Assembly: GCA_963771465.1 (NCBI GenBank)
Contig: CAVYTU010000017.1
Location: forward strand, 352,001-416,000
DNA length: 64,000 nucleotides
Origin: an uncultured delta proteobacterium
GTDB taxonomy: Bacteria > Desulfobacterota > Binatia > UBA9968
Direction of reading: 5' to 3'
This document shows, one piece after another, positions 18,278-28,285 of this stretch. Below the pieces are notes generated by a model that saw only the letters and a program-made list of their open reading frames with translations, had not been told where the DNA came from and did not search any database. The position numbers and the translations under genes are program-made. Within the stretch, counting starts at the first letter, position 1; each line of letters starts with the position of its first letter.

Positions 18278-19447
18278 ATGCTGCACCCCGACGGAGGAAT
18301 TGACGAGGGGTATATGGATTTTGGCGAATTCGTTCACACGGGACCTGATACGCTGGCGGGACGCTACTTGCGCCGGTTTTGGCAACCGGTTGGTTGTTCA
18401 CATGAGCTTTTGGCGGGCCAGGCGTTGCCGATTCGCATCTTGGATGAAGAGTTTACGCTTTACCGTGGCGATAGCGGCACGGCTTTTTTAGTCGGCAGCC
18501 GTTGCGCGCATCGCGGCACGCAGCTTTCGATCGGTTGGATTGAAGGCGACTGCATTCGCTGCTTCTATCACGGCTGGAAATACGACGGCACGGGGCAATG
18601 TGTCGAGCAGCCGGCGGAGGCGGTAAGTTTTGCGCCCAAGGTGCAGATTCCCAGTTATCCCGTGAAGGAATACATCGGGCTGATCTTTGCGTACTTGGGC
18701 GCAGGCGAGCCACCGCCGTTGCCACGTTATCCGTTGTTTGAAAATCCCGCTATCTCACTCGACGTCGCGGCATTGCGGCGCATCTGCAACTACTTTAACA
18801 ATATCGACAACTCGCTAGACAACGCCCATGTGCGCTTCGTGCACCGGCGCCATCGCGATGCGGCGCAAGATCATGTGGTGCTTGGCGACCCGATCATTTC
18901 GGTCGAAGAATCTGAATGGGGCATCAGGCGCTATGTCAAATATCCCGACGGCAAAGATCTGACTTTTTTCTTCGGCATGCCCAACATCAACTTTATCAAC
19001 GGCCAGGTCGTCGATCCGGTCATCAAGCGGGCGGACGTGATAGTGTTCAAAGTTCCAGTGGACGACGCCAACCATATTCACTTCGAAGTACGCGCCATCG
19101 CACTGGCCGGCGACCGTGGACGGAAGTGGATCGAAGAGCGGCGCGAGATGCGGGCAAAAGCTGAACGCGATCGTCCTGAGTTAGTCCGAGCGATCCTTAC
19201 CGGCAAACTGCGGTTGAGCGACATCGATCCCAATCGCATCGATTTCGTCATGCTCGAAGATGAGATCGCGCAAACCGGCCAAGGCGCCATCGCTGTGCGC
19301 AGCCACGAACACTTGGGCCGCAGCGACCGCGGCGTGTTTTTGCTGCGCAAAATCTGGGAACGGGAATTACGCAATCTTGCCGAAGGTAAGTCAATTAAAC
19401 AGTGGAACTATCGGTCGGATATGGTGCCGACGTATCCGGAGGGATAG
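18278..19447 (+). CDS. Rieske non-heme iron oxygenase alpha subunit (phthalate 4,5-dioxygenase-like)
   Basis: CAHRG...CFYHGW Rieske motif; DNAHVRFVH mononuclear Fe site; EHLGRSD. Confidence 0.9.
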   Translation: MLHPDGGIDEGYMDFGEFVHTGPDTLAGRYLRRFWQPVGCSHELLAGQALPIRILDEEFTLYRGDSGTAFLVGSRCAHRGTQLSIGWIEGDCIRCFYHGWKYDGTGQCVEQPAEAVSFAPKVQIPSYPVKEYIGLIFAYLGAGEPPPLPRYPLFENPAISLDVAALRRICNYFNNIDNSLDNAHVRFVHRRHRDAAQDHVVLGDPIISVEESEWGIRRYVKYPDGKDLTFFFGMPNINFINGQVVDPVIKRADVIVFKVPVDDANHIHFEVRAIALAGDRGRKWIEERREMRAKAERDRPELVRAILTGKLRLSDIDPNRIDFVMLEDEIAQTGQGAIAVRSHEHLGRSDRGVFLLRKIWERELRNLAEGKSIKQWNYRSDMVPTYPEG

Positions 19448-19519
19448 CAACCGAGCGGCGCACGCTAGAATACAGCTCCCATCAACCCATGCGTTCTGAG
19501 TAAGCGCTGCTCGCTTAAG

Positions 19520-20506
19520 TCAATCCTCCGGTGCCCCGCCTGATTTAGCCAAGTCTTCCACCTTAATTTTTTGCACATTCATTTTTTCGGCGGCTTTAGT
19601 CATGCGATCCATGACTTCGTCGAAGCTGAGCGGCGCGGCGTCTTTGGGGCGAAAGCGGATGGGGTTGATGCGGGCGACGACGAAACTTTTCAAGTAGGGG
19701 CTGGTGAGGCCTTTGGCTTTGAGCGCGTCGACTTTTTCGACGACGGTTTTGTCCAAGTCGATGAGCGCTTTGGCGCGCTCGCGGCGAACGTCGATTGCCG
19801 TTTCAAGCGGTTTTTTCAGAAACTGATCGGAGCGGCGCAGAATCGGATGATAGGCGCCGCCGCTGAAGCGGCCATTTTCTAAATAACACAAACCGAGCGT
19901 GATCAGCGCGGCTTCCTCGAATTCCAACGCATAGGTTTCCTCGCTGGCGCCATCGAGCATGGCCAGCTCTTGATACATCTTGATGACTTCGAGGGCGCGC
20001 TCGCGCAGGTTGTGCGCCTTCTCGGTATTCAACGCAAGGATTTGATAGGCCGTCGACGCTTCTGGCACGACGATGCCGACGATGGATTTCGCGCCCAGCG
20101 TCTTCATCGCCTGCAAGCGATGATTGCCGTTGGGCGTCCAGTAGCGGGTGGCGCTGTCTTTTACTTCTTTGCGCACGACGATGATCGGGTCGAGGAAGCG
20201 GCCGAGCTTGGCGATGACGCCTTCGAGCTTGCGTGCGTGGGCGTCGGACAGGTTGCGTTGATAGGGCGTCGGCTCGACTTGCTCGATCGGGAGGGCCGCG
20301 ATGACTAACCAACGGCCGCCGAACGGCTCGCGATAGACGGTAAAAACTTTGCCGCCGTCTTTATCGATGGCGTCTTGCAAGTCTTCAACCACTTTCGGCG
20401 CGGCGCCGTCAAGTAATTCCGTCGACGCGAGTTCGGTGGATTTCCCGGCGAGCTTACGCCGTTTGCGCGCACCGGTGGACTTCTTCCTGGCTTTTTTTTC
20501 GGCCAT
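19520..20506 (-). CDS. ParB/Srx N-terminal domain protein
   Basis: PTPYQR, GRFLDPIIV, NGNHRL and LNTEK motifs. Confidence 0.8.
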   Translation of the reverse strand: MAEKKARKKSTGARKRRKLAGKSTELASTELLDGAAPKVVEDLQDAIDKDGGKVFTVYREPFGGRWLVIAALPIEQVEPTPYQRNLSDAHARKLEGVIAKLGRFLDPIIVVRKEVKDSATRYWTPNGNHRLQAMKTLGAKSIVGIVVPEASTAYQILALNTEKAHNLRERALEVIKMYQELAMLDGASEETYALEFEEAALITLGLCYLENGRFSGGAYHPILRRSDQFLKKPLETAIDVRRERAKALIDLDKTVVEKVDALKAKGLTSPYLKSFVVARINPIRFRPKDAAPLSFDEVMDRMTKAAEKMNVQKIKVEDLAKSGGAPED

Positions 20507-20530
20507 GGGCGCTGCTTAACACATTCTATT

Positions 20531-21805
20531 CTACTGTTCCAAGCGGCGAATGCGCGGCATGACGATGGCGACCACAAACGCCATGCCGCCGACCATGATG
20601 CCGCCGAAGGAGACCGCGACCGGTGCGCCGGCGAATTCGGCTATCCCTCCAGAAATCAACCCGCCGATCGGCATGAGCTCCCAGGCGAGGCCGTGGATAC
20701 CCATGACGCGGCCGCGCAGCTCGTTGGGCAAATTCATTTGCAGTATGGCGTGAATCGTCGTCATGTAGAATTGGCCCGCCATGCCGAGCGCGAAAGCGGC
20801 GAACAGCGAAAGCGTGAACCAACCGGAGAGCGCAAACAGAATAAGCGTGACGCCGAAAACCACTGCGCCGGTGATCGCTTGCAAACCTTTTCCGCGGAAG
20901 TGGCTCAAATAGGCGGCGAGCAACACGCCCGCGAGCGCGCCGGCGCCGCCAGCGCTTTGGAGAAAGCCGAAACCCTGCGAGCCGACGTGCAGCACATCGC
21001 GAGCGAACACAGGCATCATGATGACGTAGGACATGCCGAATACGCTGTTGAAAAAAGTCATGGCGATGAACACCCAGTAGATTTCATTTTCGCGGATGAA
21101 CTTTACGCCTTGGACCATGTCATGCACGAGACCGCGTGACGTCGATTCGGTGGGCTGGCCTTCCAGGCGAATCGCCAGCCAAAGGACAATGGCCACGCCT
21201 GAGGCGAGAAAGCAGACGAGATAGGTCGGGCCGATACCGACCAGATAGATCAAGATGCCGGCGACGGCGGGACCGACGAGCTTGTTGAGTTGCCAGATCG
21301 TGCCGCCGATGGCGACCGCATTGGGAATATCTTCTTTGGGCACCATCTGCGGCAGCAGCGCCATGCGGCTCGGACGGTCGAAGGCGCGCACGCAGCCGGT
21401 GAAAAACGCGAGCACCATGACATGCCAAAGCTCGACCCACTTCATGATGACTAAGCCGGTCAACAGCAGAAAAATTATTGCTGAGCCGAGTTGCGCGAGC
21501 AGCATGATGCGGCGGCGATCGGCGCGGTCGGCGATGGCGCCGCCGAGCAGCGTGAGAGCGACCGATGGGATGGTAAAAGTCAGGCCGGTGAGTCCGAGCA
21601 GCAAGGGCGAGTTGGTCAGCTCTAACACCAGCCAGCTCTGTGCCACCGCTTCCATGTTTTGGGCGAGGACGGAAGCCAACTGGCCGAACCAGTACAAGCG
21701 GTAATTGCGATGTTTGAGCGCGCTGATCGACTGGATCATGCGTTGGCTGCCGGAGAGTGTGTGCGCCGCGGCCGGTGCGATTACCGGTGATGAAGTTTTA
21801 CTCAT
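20531..21805 (-). CDS. MFS transporter (MFS_3-like)
   Basis: About 12 hydrophobic segments; GAIADRADRR and ELRGRVMG; TTGACA-N17-AAGAAT upstream of ATG 21805. Confidence 0.9.
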   Translation of the reverse strand: MSKTSSPVIAPAAAHTLSGSQRMIQSISALKHRNYRLYWFGQLASVLAQNMEAVAQSWLVLELTNSPLLLGLTGLTFTIPSVALTLLGGAIADRADRRRIMLLAQLGSAIIFLLLTGLVIMKWVELWHVMVLAFFTGCVRAFDRPSRMALLPQMVPKEDIPNAVAIGGTIWQLNKLVGPAVAGILIYLVGIGPTYLVCFLASGVAIVLWLAIRLEGQPTESTSRGLVHDMVQGVKFIRENEIYWVFIAMTFFNSVFGMSYVIMMPVFARDVLHVGSQGFGFLQSAGGAGALAGVLLAAYLSHFRGKGLQAITGAVVFGVTLILFALSGWFTLSLFAAFALGMAGQFYMTTIHAILQMNLPNELRGRVMGIHGLAWELMPIGGLISGGIAEFAGAPVAVSFGGIMVGGMAFVVAIVMPRIRRLEQ

Positions 21806-21869
21806 GGTGAAAGTCCGGCCATTCTTTCCTAAAACTGCTGAGCTGTCAAAAAGATTGGAGAAATAGTTT

Positions 21870-21923
21870 GCCACGAAGTTGGGAGTTCTAAACTGCCGAC
21901 TCTGCTTATTCTTCGTGGTGAAT
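21870..21923. repeat. degenerate CACGAAG hairpin element
   Basis: ccacgaagttgggag...cttcgtggtga; similar to 48845-48925. Confidence 0.5.
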
Positions 21924-22009
21924 TTCAATCATCCTGTTGGCGCTCCCTGTTGAGGAATCGGCTGCTACCTTTTATGATCGCGCGACATCTAAGAGAGGAC
22001 GGTGTGCTT

Positions 22010-23363
22010 ATGGCGCGGTACGATTATGATTTGTTTACCATTGGCGCCGGCTCGGGCGGTGTGCGGGCGAGCCGGATGTCAGCTTCCTTTGGTGCGAAAG
22101 TCGCCGTCGCCGAGGAGCGCTACCTCGGTGGCACCTGCGTCAACGTCGGCTGCATCCCGAAGAAGCTGCTCGTCTATGCGTCGCACTACGGCGAAGATTT
22201 TGACGATATGCCGGGTTATGGCTGGACCGTCGGGGAGAGGCGTTTCGACTGGGCCAAGCTGATCGCCAATAAGAACAAAGAGATTGAACGGCTGAACGGC
22301 ATCTATCGAAAGCTGCTCGGCGATGCCGGCGTCGAACTATTCGAGGGCCACGCCGAAGTCGTCGATCCGCATACCGTCTCAGTCGACGGCAAGCGATTCA
22401 CTGCGAAATACATACTTGTCGCCGTCGGTAGTTGGCCGATGGTGCCGAAGTTTTCCGGATCCGAGCACGCGATTACGTCCAACGAAGCTTTCTTCCTGCC
22501 GTCGTTGCCGGAAAAGGTGATCATCGTTGGCGGTGGCTATATTGGCGTCGAATTCGCTGGAATTTTTCACGGCTTGGGCGCACAAACGACGCAGCTCTAT
22601 CGCGGCGAGTTGTTTTTGCGCGGCTTTGACGACGATATTCGTAAGACGCTGGCGGATGAAATGCGTAAGCGTGGGGTCGAAGTTAAGTTTCCAGACCCGC
22701 ATCATCAAGATTGAAAAGTCGGGTGACGTTCTCAAGGCTTCGCTCGCCGATGGCAACATGATCGAGGCCAATCAGATTCTCTTTGCTACCGGCCGCGGAT
22801 CGAAAACGCCGGATCTTGGTCTGGAGAAAGCGGGTGTGAAACTCAAGGATAACGGTGCGGTGATCGTCGATGAGTTTTCCAAATCCACGGTGGATAGCGT
22901 TTATGCCATCGGTGACTGCACCGATCGGATGATGCTCACGCCGGTGGCGATCGCCGAAGGGATGGCGTTGGCGAACACGCTGTTTAACGGCAAGCCGACG
23001 AAGCCGAGTTACTTGAACGTCCCGACCGCGGTGTTCAGTACGCCCAATTGTGGCACGGTCGGGCTGACCGAGCAGGAGGCGCGACAGCGCGGTTTCAAAG
23101 TCGACATCTACCGCACCCTATTCCGGCCGCTAAGGCACACGCTAACAGGTCGTGACGAACGCACCATGATGAAGCTTGTCGTGGATCAAGCGTCGGACAA
23201 GGTTCTCGGTTGTCACATGGTCGGAGCCGACGCCGGTGAAATGATTCAGGGCCTGGCGGTGGCGCTCAACTGTGGCGCTACCAAAGCGCAGTTCGATCAG
23301 ACCATCGGCATCCATCCGACTGCGGCGGAAGAATTCGTGACCATGCGAACTAAGCTGGGTTAA
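22010..23363 (+). CDS. gor: glutathione-disulfide reductase (+1 frameshift at about 22690)
   Basis: [25 protein letters not shown] and HPTAAEEF; removing one base from AAGTTTCCAG joins the two ORFs. Confidence 0.92.
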
Positions 23364-23468
23364 CGACCAAGAAGTCATCGTTTGTCATCTCGCCCCAATG
23401 CCAACGTACGGCATCAGTGCCGTGTCTCGGCTATGCTTCTCAGCGCTGCCCGATTCATCGTTTACCGA

Positions 23469-23484
23469 TGTGAATGAATTCACA
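23469..23484. promoter_or_regulatory. CRP-family binding site
   Basis: TGTGA-atgaat-TCACA, a perfect TGTGA-N6-TCACA, about 70 bp upstream of ATG 23556. Confidence 0.6.
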
Positions 23485-23555
23485 TTGTTAGCTTGTGGCA
23501 CTTTCGTTGCTCTATTCTATACTCGGAAGTGGGCTTGAACCGAAGGAGGTTCTCC

Positions 23556-24303
23556 ATGGATCGGGAAACGTTTCGGGAGCAATTACTGAATGTGATGGAA
23601 CGCAAGAGCCACTGGGCGTGGCCGGCGTTCACCTCAGGACGGGTTTCCAGCAAACGGTTGCACTACCACTTCGAGCAAGAATTCGGCACCTATGTGCGCG
23701 ACTTTCCGATCATGGTCGGACGCGTTTTTATCCGCTGTCCAGTTCCAGAAATCCGCCAAAGCCTTGCCGCCAACCTTTACGAAGAGGAAACCGGTGGGCT
23801 GGTCGCCGGTCGTCCCCATCCGGAACTGTTTCTCGAATATCCGCGTGGACTAGGAATGGATTTGAGCCGCTTTGACGATGTTCAGCTCCTGCCGGCGGCG
23901 GAGAGTTATCGACGCTTTCTCGACGAAGCGACGCAACACTATGGCTGGGACGTTGCGGCGGCGATCGTTACGATATTTGTCGAAGGGTCCAGCGATGAAC
24001 GATCGGCGCTTGCTCCAACGACCGGACAAACGCCACCGTCGTTGGATGAGCATCCGCTGGTGAAGCATTACGGCTTGGCGATCGAAAGCCTGGCGTTGAC
24101 CAAAGCGCACCGCGCCGTCGAGGGCAATCATCGCGCCGCAGCTTGGCAAGCGATTCTTAACCATGTAGCACCGACCCGGCGCGGGACGATCGTCAGAGCG
24201 ATGGAAGAGGCGCTGCGCGCTTGGCTAGCTTTACCGGGACGAAGTGGCGCTCGTTTGCGGCGTGTCCGCCGATCCAAGCGGCCGAATGAGCGCGGTGGCT
24301 TGA
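23556..24303 (+). CDS. heme-oxygenase-like diiron / PqqC-CADD family protein (+1 frameshift at about 24231)
   Basis: AAGGAGG RBS; NLYEEETG..HPELF, FVEG and HRAVEGNH; corrected end WLAYRDEVALVCGV...stop at 24301-24303 removes the overlap with the convergent gene. Confidence 0.82.
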
Positions 24304-24353
24304 TCCATTCTGCTCGCCTGCCTGTCGATTGGCAAATCTCCCGCGCGATCCTA

Positions 24354-25655
24354 TCACCCAATCATTTCGCCGCGATAACTTTTCGCCAGAATCTGCATCG
24401 GATTGAGCGGGCGCTTGCCATTGCCTTGTTCGATCTGGATCGCAGCTAGCGGACAATCGGAGCAAGTTACTTTCGGATCGCCTTCCGCCATTTGCTGAAA
24501 TGCCCTGCCGCCCCATTTGAGCGACTGCTCAAAATTTTCCTTCTTCATCGACCAGGTGCCGTCATGACCGGAACATTCTTCGACGACTTTCACCTGTGTA
24601 TCGGGTAAGAGCGAAAGCACGTCCCGGGTCTTGTAACCGACATTCTGGGCGCGCAAGTGGCAAGGGATATGGTAGCTCACTTTTCCGGCGCCGGTTTGGA
24701 AATTCTTATTGAGCTTTCCTTCGCCCGCCAGTTTGGCAAGGAACTCCATCGGGTCCATGGTTTTCGCTGCGACTTGTTTTGCGTCCGCAGTGCCGAGGAG
24801 GCGCGGATACTCAACTCGGATCATCTGTGAACAGGTGGGATTGGTGGCGACTACGGTTCGTCCCGAATCGACATGTTTCAATAAACTGGCAACATTTTGT
24901 TTGGCTGCCTCAATGGCGCCGTCCATGTCACCGTTATGCCAACGGGGCATGCCGCAGCAGCTCTCGTAGGCAAACGACACGTCGACGTTGTTATGCGCCA
25001 TGACTTCCAACGTGTCATTGCCGATTTCCGGCTGGTTGTAATTAACATAGCAAGTGGAGAAGAAAGCGATCTTAGCGGCAGGCTCGCCTTGAGGCGCTTG
25101 GCGTTTGGCTGCGAATTGAGCTGCGAAAGTTCGCGAGGCAAACGGCGGTAGCATTTTGTCCTTGTGGATGCCGATCGCGCTTTCCATCAGCTTGCGGTTG
25201 AGCGGATTGTTGTTGCCCCAGTTCGCTAGCGGTGCCGTCGCCGTTCCCAATTTTCCGACCAAATCCGGATTGCCCAGCAGCTTGTCGACCAACGGCACAC
25301 CATTTTTCTTGACACGCTGCGCCTTGGCACGCGTCATCAAGCGCGGAAAGTCGATGGCCCATTCGTGATCGCCGGGCGTGTAGGGGCATTTGATATAGCA
25401 AAGTTTACACTGGAAACAGTCGTCGACCACTTTGTCGACATCGTCCACGCGCAGGTTTTTGGTATTCACGTCGGCATACTTCCCTTCGACGCAGTGATCG
25501 TCGACGGCGTCGAATAGTTTAGGAAAGCTGCCACAATACTTAACGCACATCCGGCAGTCGGCGCAGACACTAAAGACGCGCTCGACTTCCGCGCGCAGAT
25601 TTTTTTCATCGTAATAGCGCGGGTCGGTCGGATCGTAGGCGGGATTGTTGGCCAT
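24354..25655 (-). CDS. Fe-S oxidoreductase, GlpC/HdrD-like (4Fe-4S plus two CCG domains)
   Basis: CADCRMC and CFQCKLC..CP; CCGMP, PCH and CSGHDG; AAGGAG RBS. Confidence 0.88.
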   Translation of the reverse strand: MANNPAYDPTDPRYYDEKNLRAEVERVFSVCADCRMCVKYCGSFPKLFDAVDDHCVEGKYADVNTKNLRVDDVDKVVDDCFQCKLCYIKCPYTPGDHEWAIDFPRLMTRAKAQRVKKNGVPLVDKLLGNPDLVGKLGTATAPLANWGNNNPLNRKLMESAIGIHKDKMLPPFASRTFAAQFAAKRQAPQGEPAAKIAFFSTCYVNYNQPEIGNDTLEVMAHNNVDVSFAYESCCGMPRWHNGDMDGAIEAAKQNVASLLKHVDSGRTVVATNPTCSQMIRVEYPRLLGTADAKQVAAKTMDPMEFLAKLAGEGKLNKNFQTGAGKVSYHIPCHLRAQNVGYKTRDVLSLLPDTQVKVVEECSGHDGTWSMKKENFEQSLKWGGRAFQQMAEGDPKVTCSDCPLAAIQIEQGNGKRPLNPMQILAKSYRGEMIG

Positions 25656-25859
25656 GAAAATACTCCTTGGCTCTGATGTGTCGGCGTAGATCAAAATGTA
25701 ACTTAACCTGAGCCCTGAATCCATGACAGGGTGCTAAACAATACGTTGTCGAGGGATAAATACACGGGTTTTCTTACCTGCGAGCCGCCGTCTAAGTCTC
25801 TGATTATTGATGAATATCTGCTGGTCAAACTTCCGCCTGGAAACGCTGATTTGGCCGAT

Positions 25860-25886
25860 TAACATTTCAAAGTGGCTTTCGTCTAA
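25860..25886 (+). promoter_or_regulatory. ECF sigma-type promoter
   Basis: TAAC-N17-GTCTAA, 18 nt before ATG 25905. Confidence 0.6.
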
Positions 25887-25904
25887 TGGTGCAAGGAGGT
25901 TCCT

Positions 25905-26381
25905 ATGAACACAAAGTGTAGAGTCGCTTTATTGGCCGCCGGTATCGTTTCGTTACTGGCATTTAGCGTTCCCAACCGCGCCGACGCCGATGCGCGCAGC
26001 CGTTCGAGAGATCTCGAGCGGCGTGCTGCCCGAGCTCAACAGAGTGCGCGGGGAGAATTGCATAAAGACCGAGCGGAACTACGCCGCGATCAAGCCGAGC
26101 TTGAGCGGGATCGCGCCGACTTGCGTCGGCTCTATCGTCGTGGCGCGAGCCGGTCCGAAATCGAGCGCAAAAAGGAAGAGATTCGCCGGGATGCCGCCGA
26201 GATCGCTCAGGGCCGACGAGAGATCAGAGACGACCTCGGACAGCTGCGAACCAATTCGGACCGATATGGTTACGGCTGGGGCAACGATAGCTGGAACCGT
26301 AATGATAACGGCTGGTGGGGCTGGGGCAATGGCCGTGCGGACAATCGCGATCGATGGGGCCGGGGTTACGGCCGCGACTAA
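25905..26381 (+). CDS. secreted coiled-coil protein with a W/G/N/R-rich tail
   Basis: AAGGAGG RBS; signal peptide; heptads ELRRDQA ELERDRA DLRR; low-complexity C-terminus. Confidence 0.8.
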   Translation: MNTKCRVALLAAGIVSLLAFSVPNRADADARSRSRDLERRAARAQQSARGELHKDRAELRRDQAELERDRADLRRLYRRGASRSEIERKKEEIRRDAAEIAQGRREIRDDLGQLRTNSDRYGYGWGNDSWNRNDNGWWGWGNGRADNRDRWGRGYGRD

Positions 26382-26425
26382 CCTGGCCTGATAAAAACTC
26401 TGCTCAATTCGCTACTACCAAACTG

Positions 26426-26458
26426 CTGGGAGATGGGGATTCAACTCCATCTCCCAGT
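26426..26458 (+). terminator. stem-loop, probable terminator
   Basis: ctgggagatgg...ccatctcccag. Confidence 0.5.
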
Positions 26459-26524
26459 TCCCCATTGTTGACTTCGTATTCATGACCACCTTATAACCGA
26501 TGAGATATTTCTCTTCGGAGGTTC

Positions 26525-27706
26525 ATGGTGATCATCGATTGCGATACCCACCTCATGCCGCGCGACGCTTTTGACAGCATCGACGGTGAATGGGCAACGA
26601 GCAAGCCCAAACTTCAATTCGACGACCAAGAGCTTTATGTCAATGTCGATTTCCCCGGTTATCCAGCCGAGGTGCAGGGTACGAGTCCGCTGTTGGCGCC
26701 GGGTTCAGGTGCAATGTTCAAAAGCTTATGGGACCCCGAGTCACGGATGGCGGATTACGATAACCGCCTTGGCATCGAGCAGCATGTTGTCTTGCCGCAA
26801 TTTTCCGGTTGGTGGTCTTACCTGATCGAACCCGAGCTCGCCTGCCGCATGGCACGATCGCACAATGAAGCGCTGCTGCGCTTGATGAAAGACTATCCGG
26901 GCCGCATCCTGGGGGTCGCACTCATTCCGTTGCAAGATGTCCCAGCTGGGATCCGCGAAATGGAATGGGCGATGGACAATGGTTTTTGCGCCGTCGTCCT
27001 CGATAAAGTTTATCCCGTGAAAGAGCACGCCTACAGCGAGCCGTTGGGCAGCCATCGCGAGCTCTGGCCGTTCTTCAAGCGCTCGCAAGAATTGTCGGTG
27101 CCGATTTATCTGCACAACGTGCAGCACGGCCACCGCATGAGCAACCTTTTGCCGTTTCAACGTGACGGGCTTTACATCTTCGCGCCGCAGGAAGGGCAGA
27201 TGAGCTTGGTGTCGCTGATCACCAGCGGTCTGCTCGATGAGTTTCCAAAATTGCAATTCATCTTCACTGAGGCCGGTACGTCGTTTATCAAACCTTTGGT
27301 TGAGCGCCTGGACAAGGTTCTAGAATCGCCGCCGGTCGATTACGACGATCAAGAAATGCCGTTGTCGAACCGCCAGCTCTCCAACGTCGGTGAACGGCTG
27401 CGCCGCGCGCGCGCGCTTTACCCAGCGCATATTTTTCTGGAGAAGAATAAAAAGCCGGCGAGTTATTACTTCAAGAATAATTTTTACTTCACCATCGAGA
27501 CCGAAGAGCCGGAGCTGGTAGAGGCGATTAAATTCCTCGGCCCCGAACGATTTCTCTTCGCCACCGATTATCCGCACGACGATCCCGGCGGCAGAATGAA
27601 GTTTGAGGATGTTAGACTGTTGAGAGAGAATCCCAAAATCTCAGAAGAAGCCAAGGAAATGATTCGCTGGAAGAATGCCCAGCGGTTGTTTCGACTGCCA
27701 GCGTGA
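26525..27706 (+). CDS. amidohydrolase family 2 protein
   Basis: IIDCDTH, YLH and FATDYPH motifs. Confidence 0.9.
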   Translation: MVIIDCDTHLMPRDAFDSIDGEWATSKPKLQFDDQELYVNVDFPGYPAEVQGTSPLLAPGSGAMFKSLWDPESRMADYDNRLGIEQHVVLPQFSGWWSYLIEPELACRMARSHNEALLRLMKDYPGRILGVALIPLQDVPAGIREMEWAMDNGFCAVVLDKVYPVKEHAYSEPLGSHRELWPFFKRSQELSVPIYLHNVQHGHRMSNLLPFQRDGLYIFAPQEGQMSLVSLITSGLLDEFPKLQFIFTEAGTSFIKPLVERLDKVLESPPVDYDDQEMPLSNRQLSNVGERLRRARALYPAHIFLEKNKKPASYYFKNNFYFTIETEEPELVEAIKFLGPERFLFATDYPHDDPGGRMKFEDVRLLRENPKISEEAKEMIRWKNAQRLFRLPA

Positions 27707-27735
27707 TAGCGAATCATTGAGAAGGCTGAATCGAC

Positions 27736-28224
27736 GTGGCAATTCCAGAACGTTACAATACGGGCTACAACATCGGCGTCGGCGGCGCCGTGGTGCGCGA
27801 TGACAAGCTGCTGTTCATCCGGCGCGCGTCGCGGCACGGGCGCGGCAATTGGCAATTGCCCGGCGGTTTCATCGAGCCGGACGAGACGGTCGAGCAAGCC
27901 GTTGTTCGTGAAGTTCACGAAGAATCCGGTGTCGTCGCTGAAGTAGAAGCCGTGCTCGGCCTGCGCAGCCGCTACGATCCCGACAGCGGCAATGGCATTT
28001 ACGTAATTTTGCTCTTGCGACCGATTAGTGGCGAACCCAGAGCGGATGGCCATGAGACCGATCATGCGGAATATTTCACTCTCGATCAGATTAGTAAGCT
28101 TGTCCCGCTCCCGCCGGTCAATTGGGAGATTGCCCAGCGCGTGCTCTCGCCCGATCGGCGCCTGCTCAATCCCAAACCCTTGACCAATCTCAACGGCGCT
28201 AAGTTCACGTTATTTGTCGGCTAG
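27736..28224 (+). CDS. NUDIX hydrolase
   Basis: PGGFIEPDETVEQAVVREVHEESG Nudix box. Confidence 0.9.
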   Translation: MAIPERYNTGYNIGVGGAVVRDDKLLFIRRASRHGRGNWQLPGGFIEPDETVEQAVVREVHEESGVVAEVEAVLGLRSRYDPDSGNGIYVILLLRPISGEPRADGHETDHAEYFTLDQISKLVPLPPVNWEIAQRVLSPDRRLLNPKPLTNLNGAKFTLFVG

Positions 28225-28230
28225 ATCTAA

Positions 28231-28284
28231 TCGTGACTCGTGATCGTGCTCGTGAAATTTACGAATCACGAGCCACGATCACGA
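28231..28284. repeat. inverted TCGTGA/TCACGA tandem arrays between convergent genes
   Basis: tcgtgac tcgtga tcgtgc tcgtga aattt acga atcacga gccacga tcacga. Confidence 0.7.
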
Positions 28285-28285
28285 A

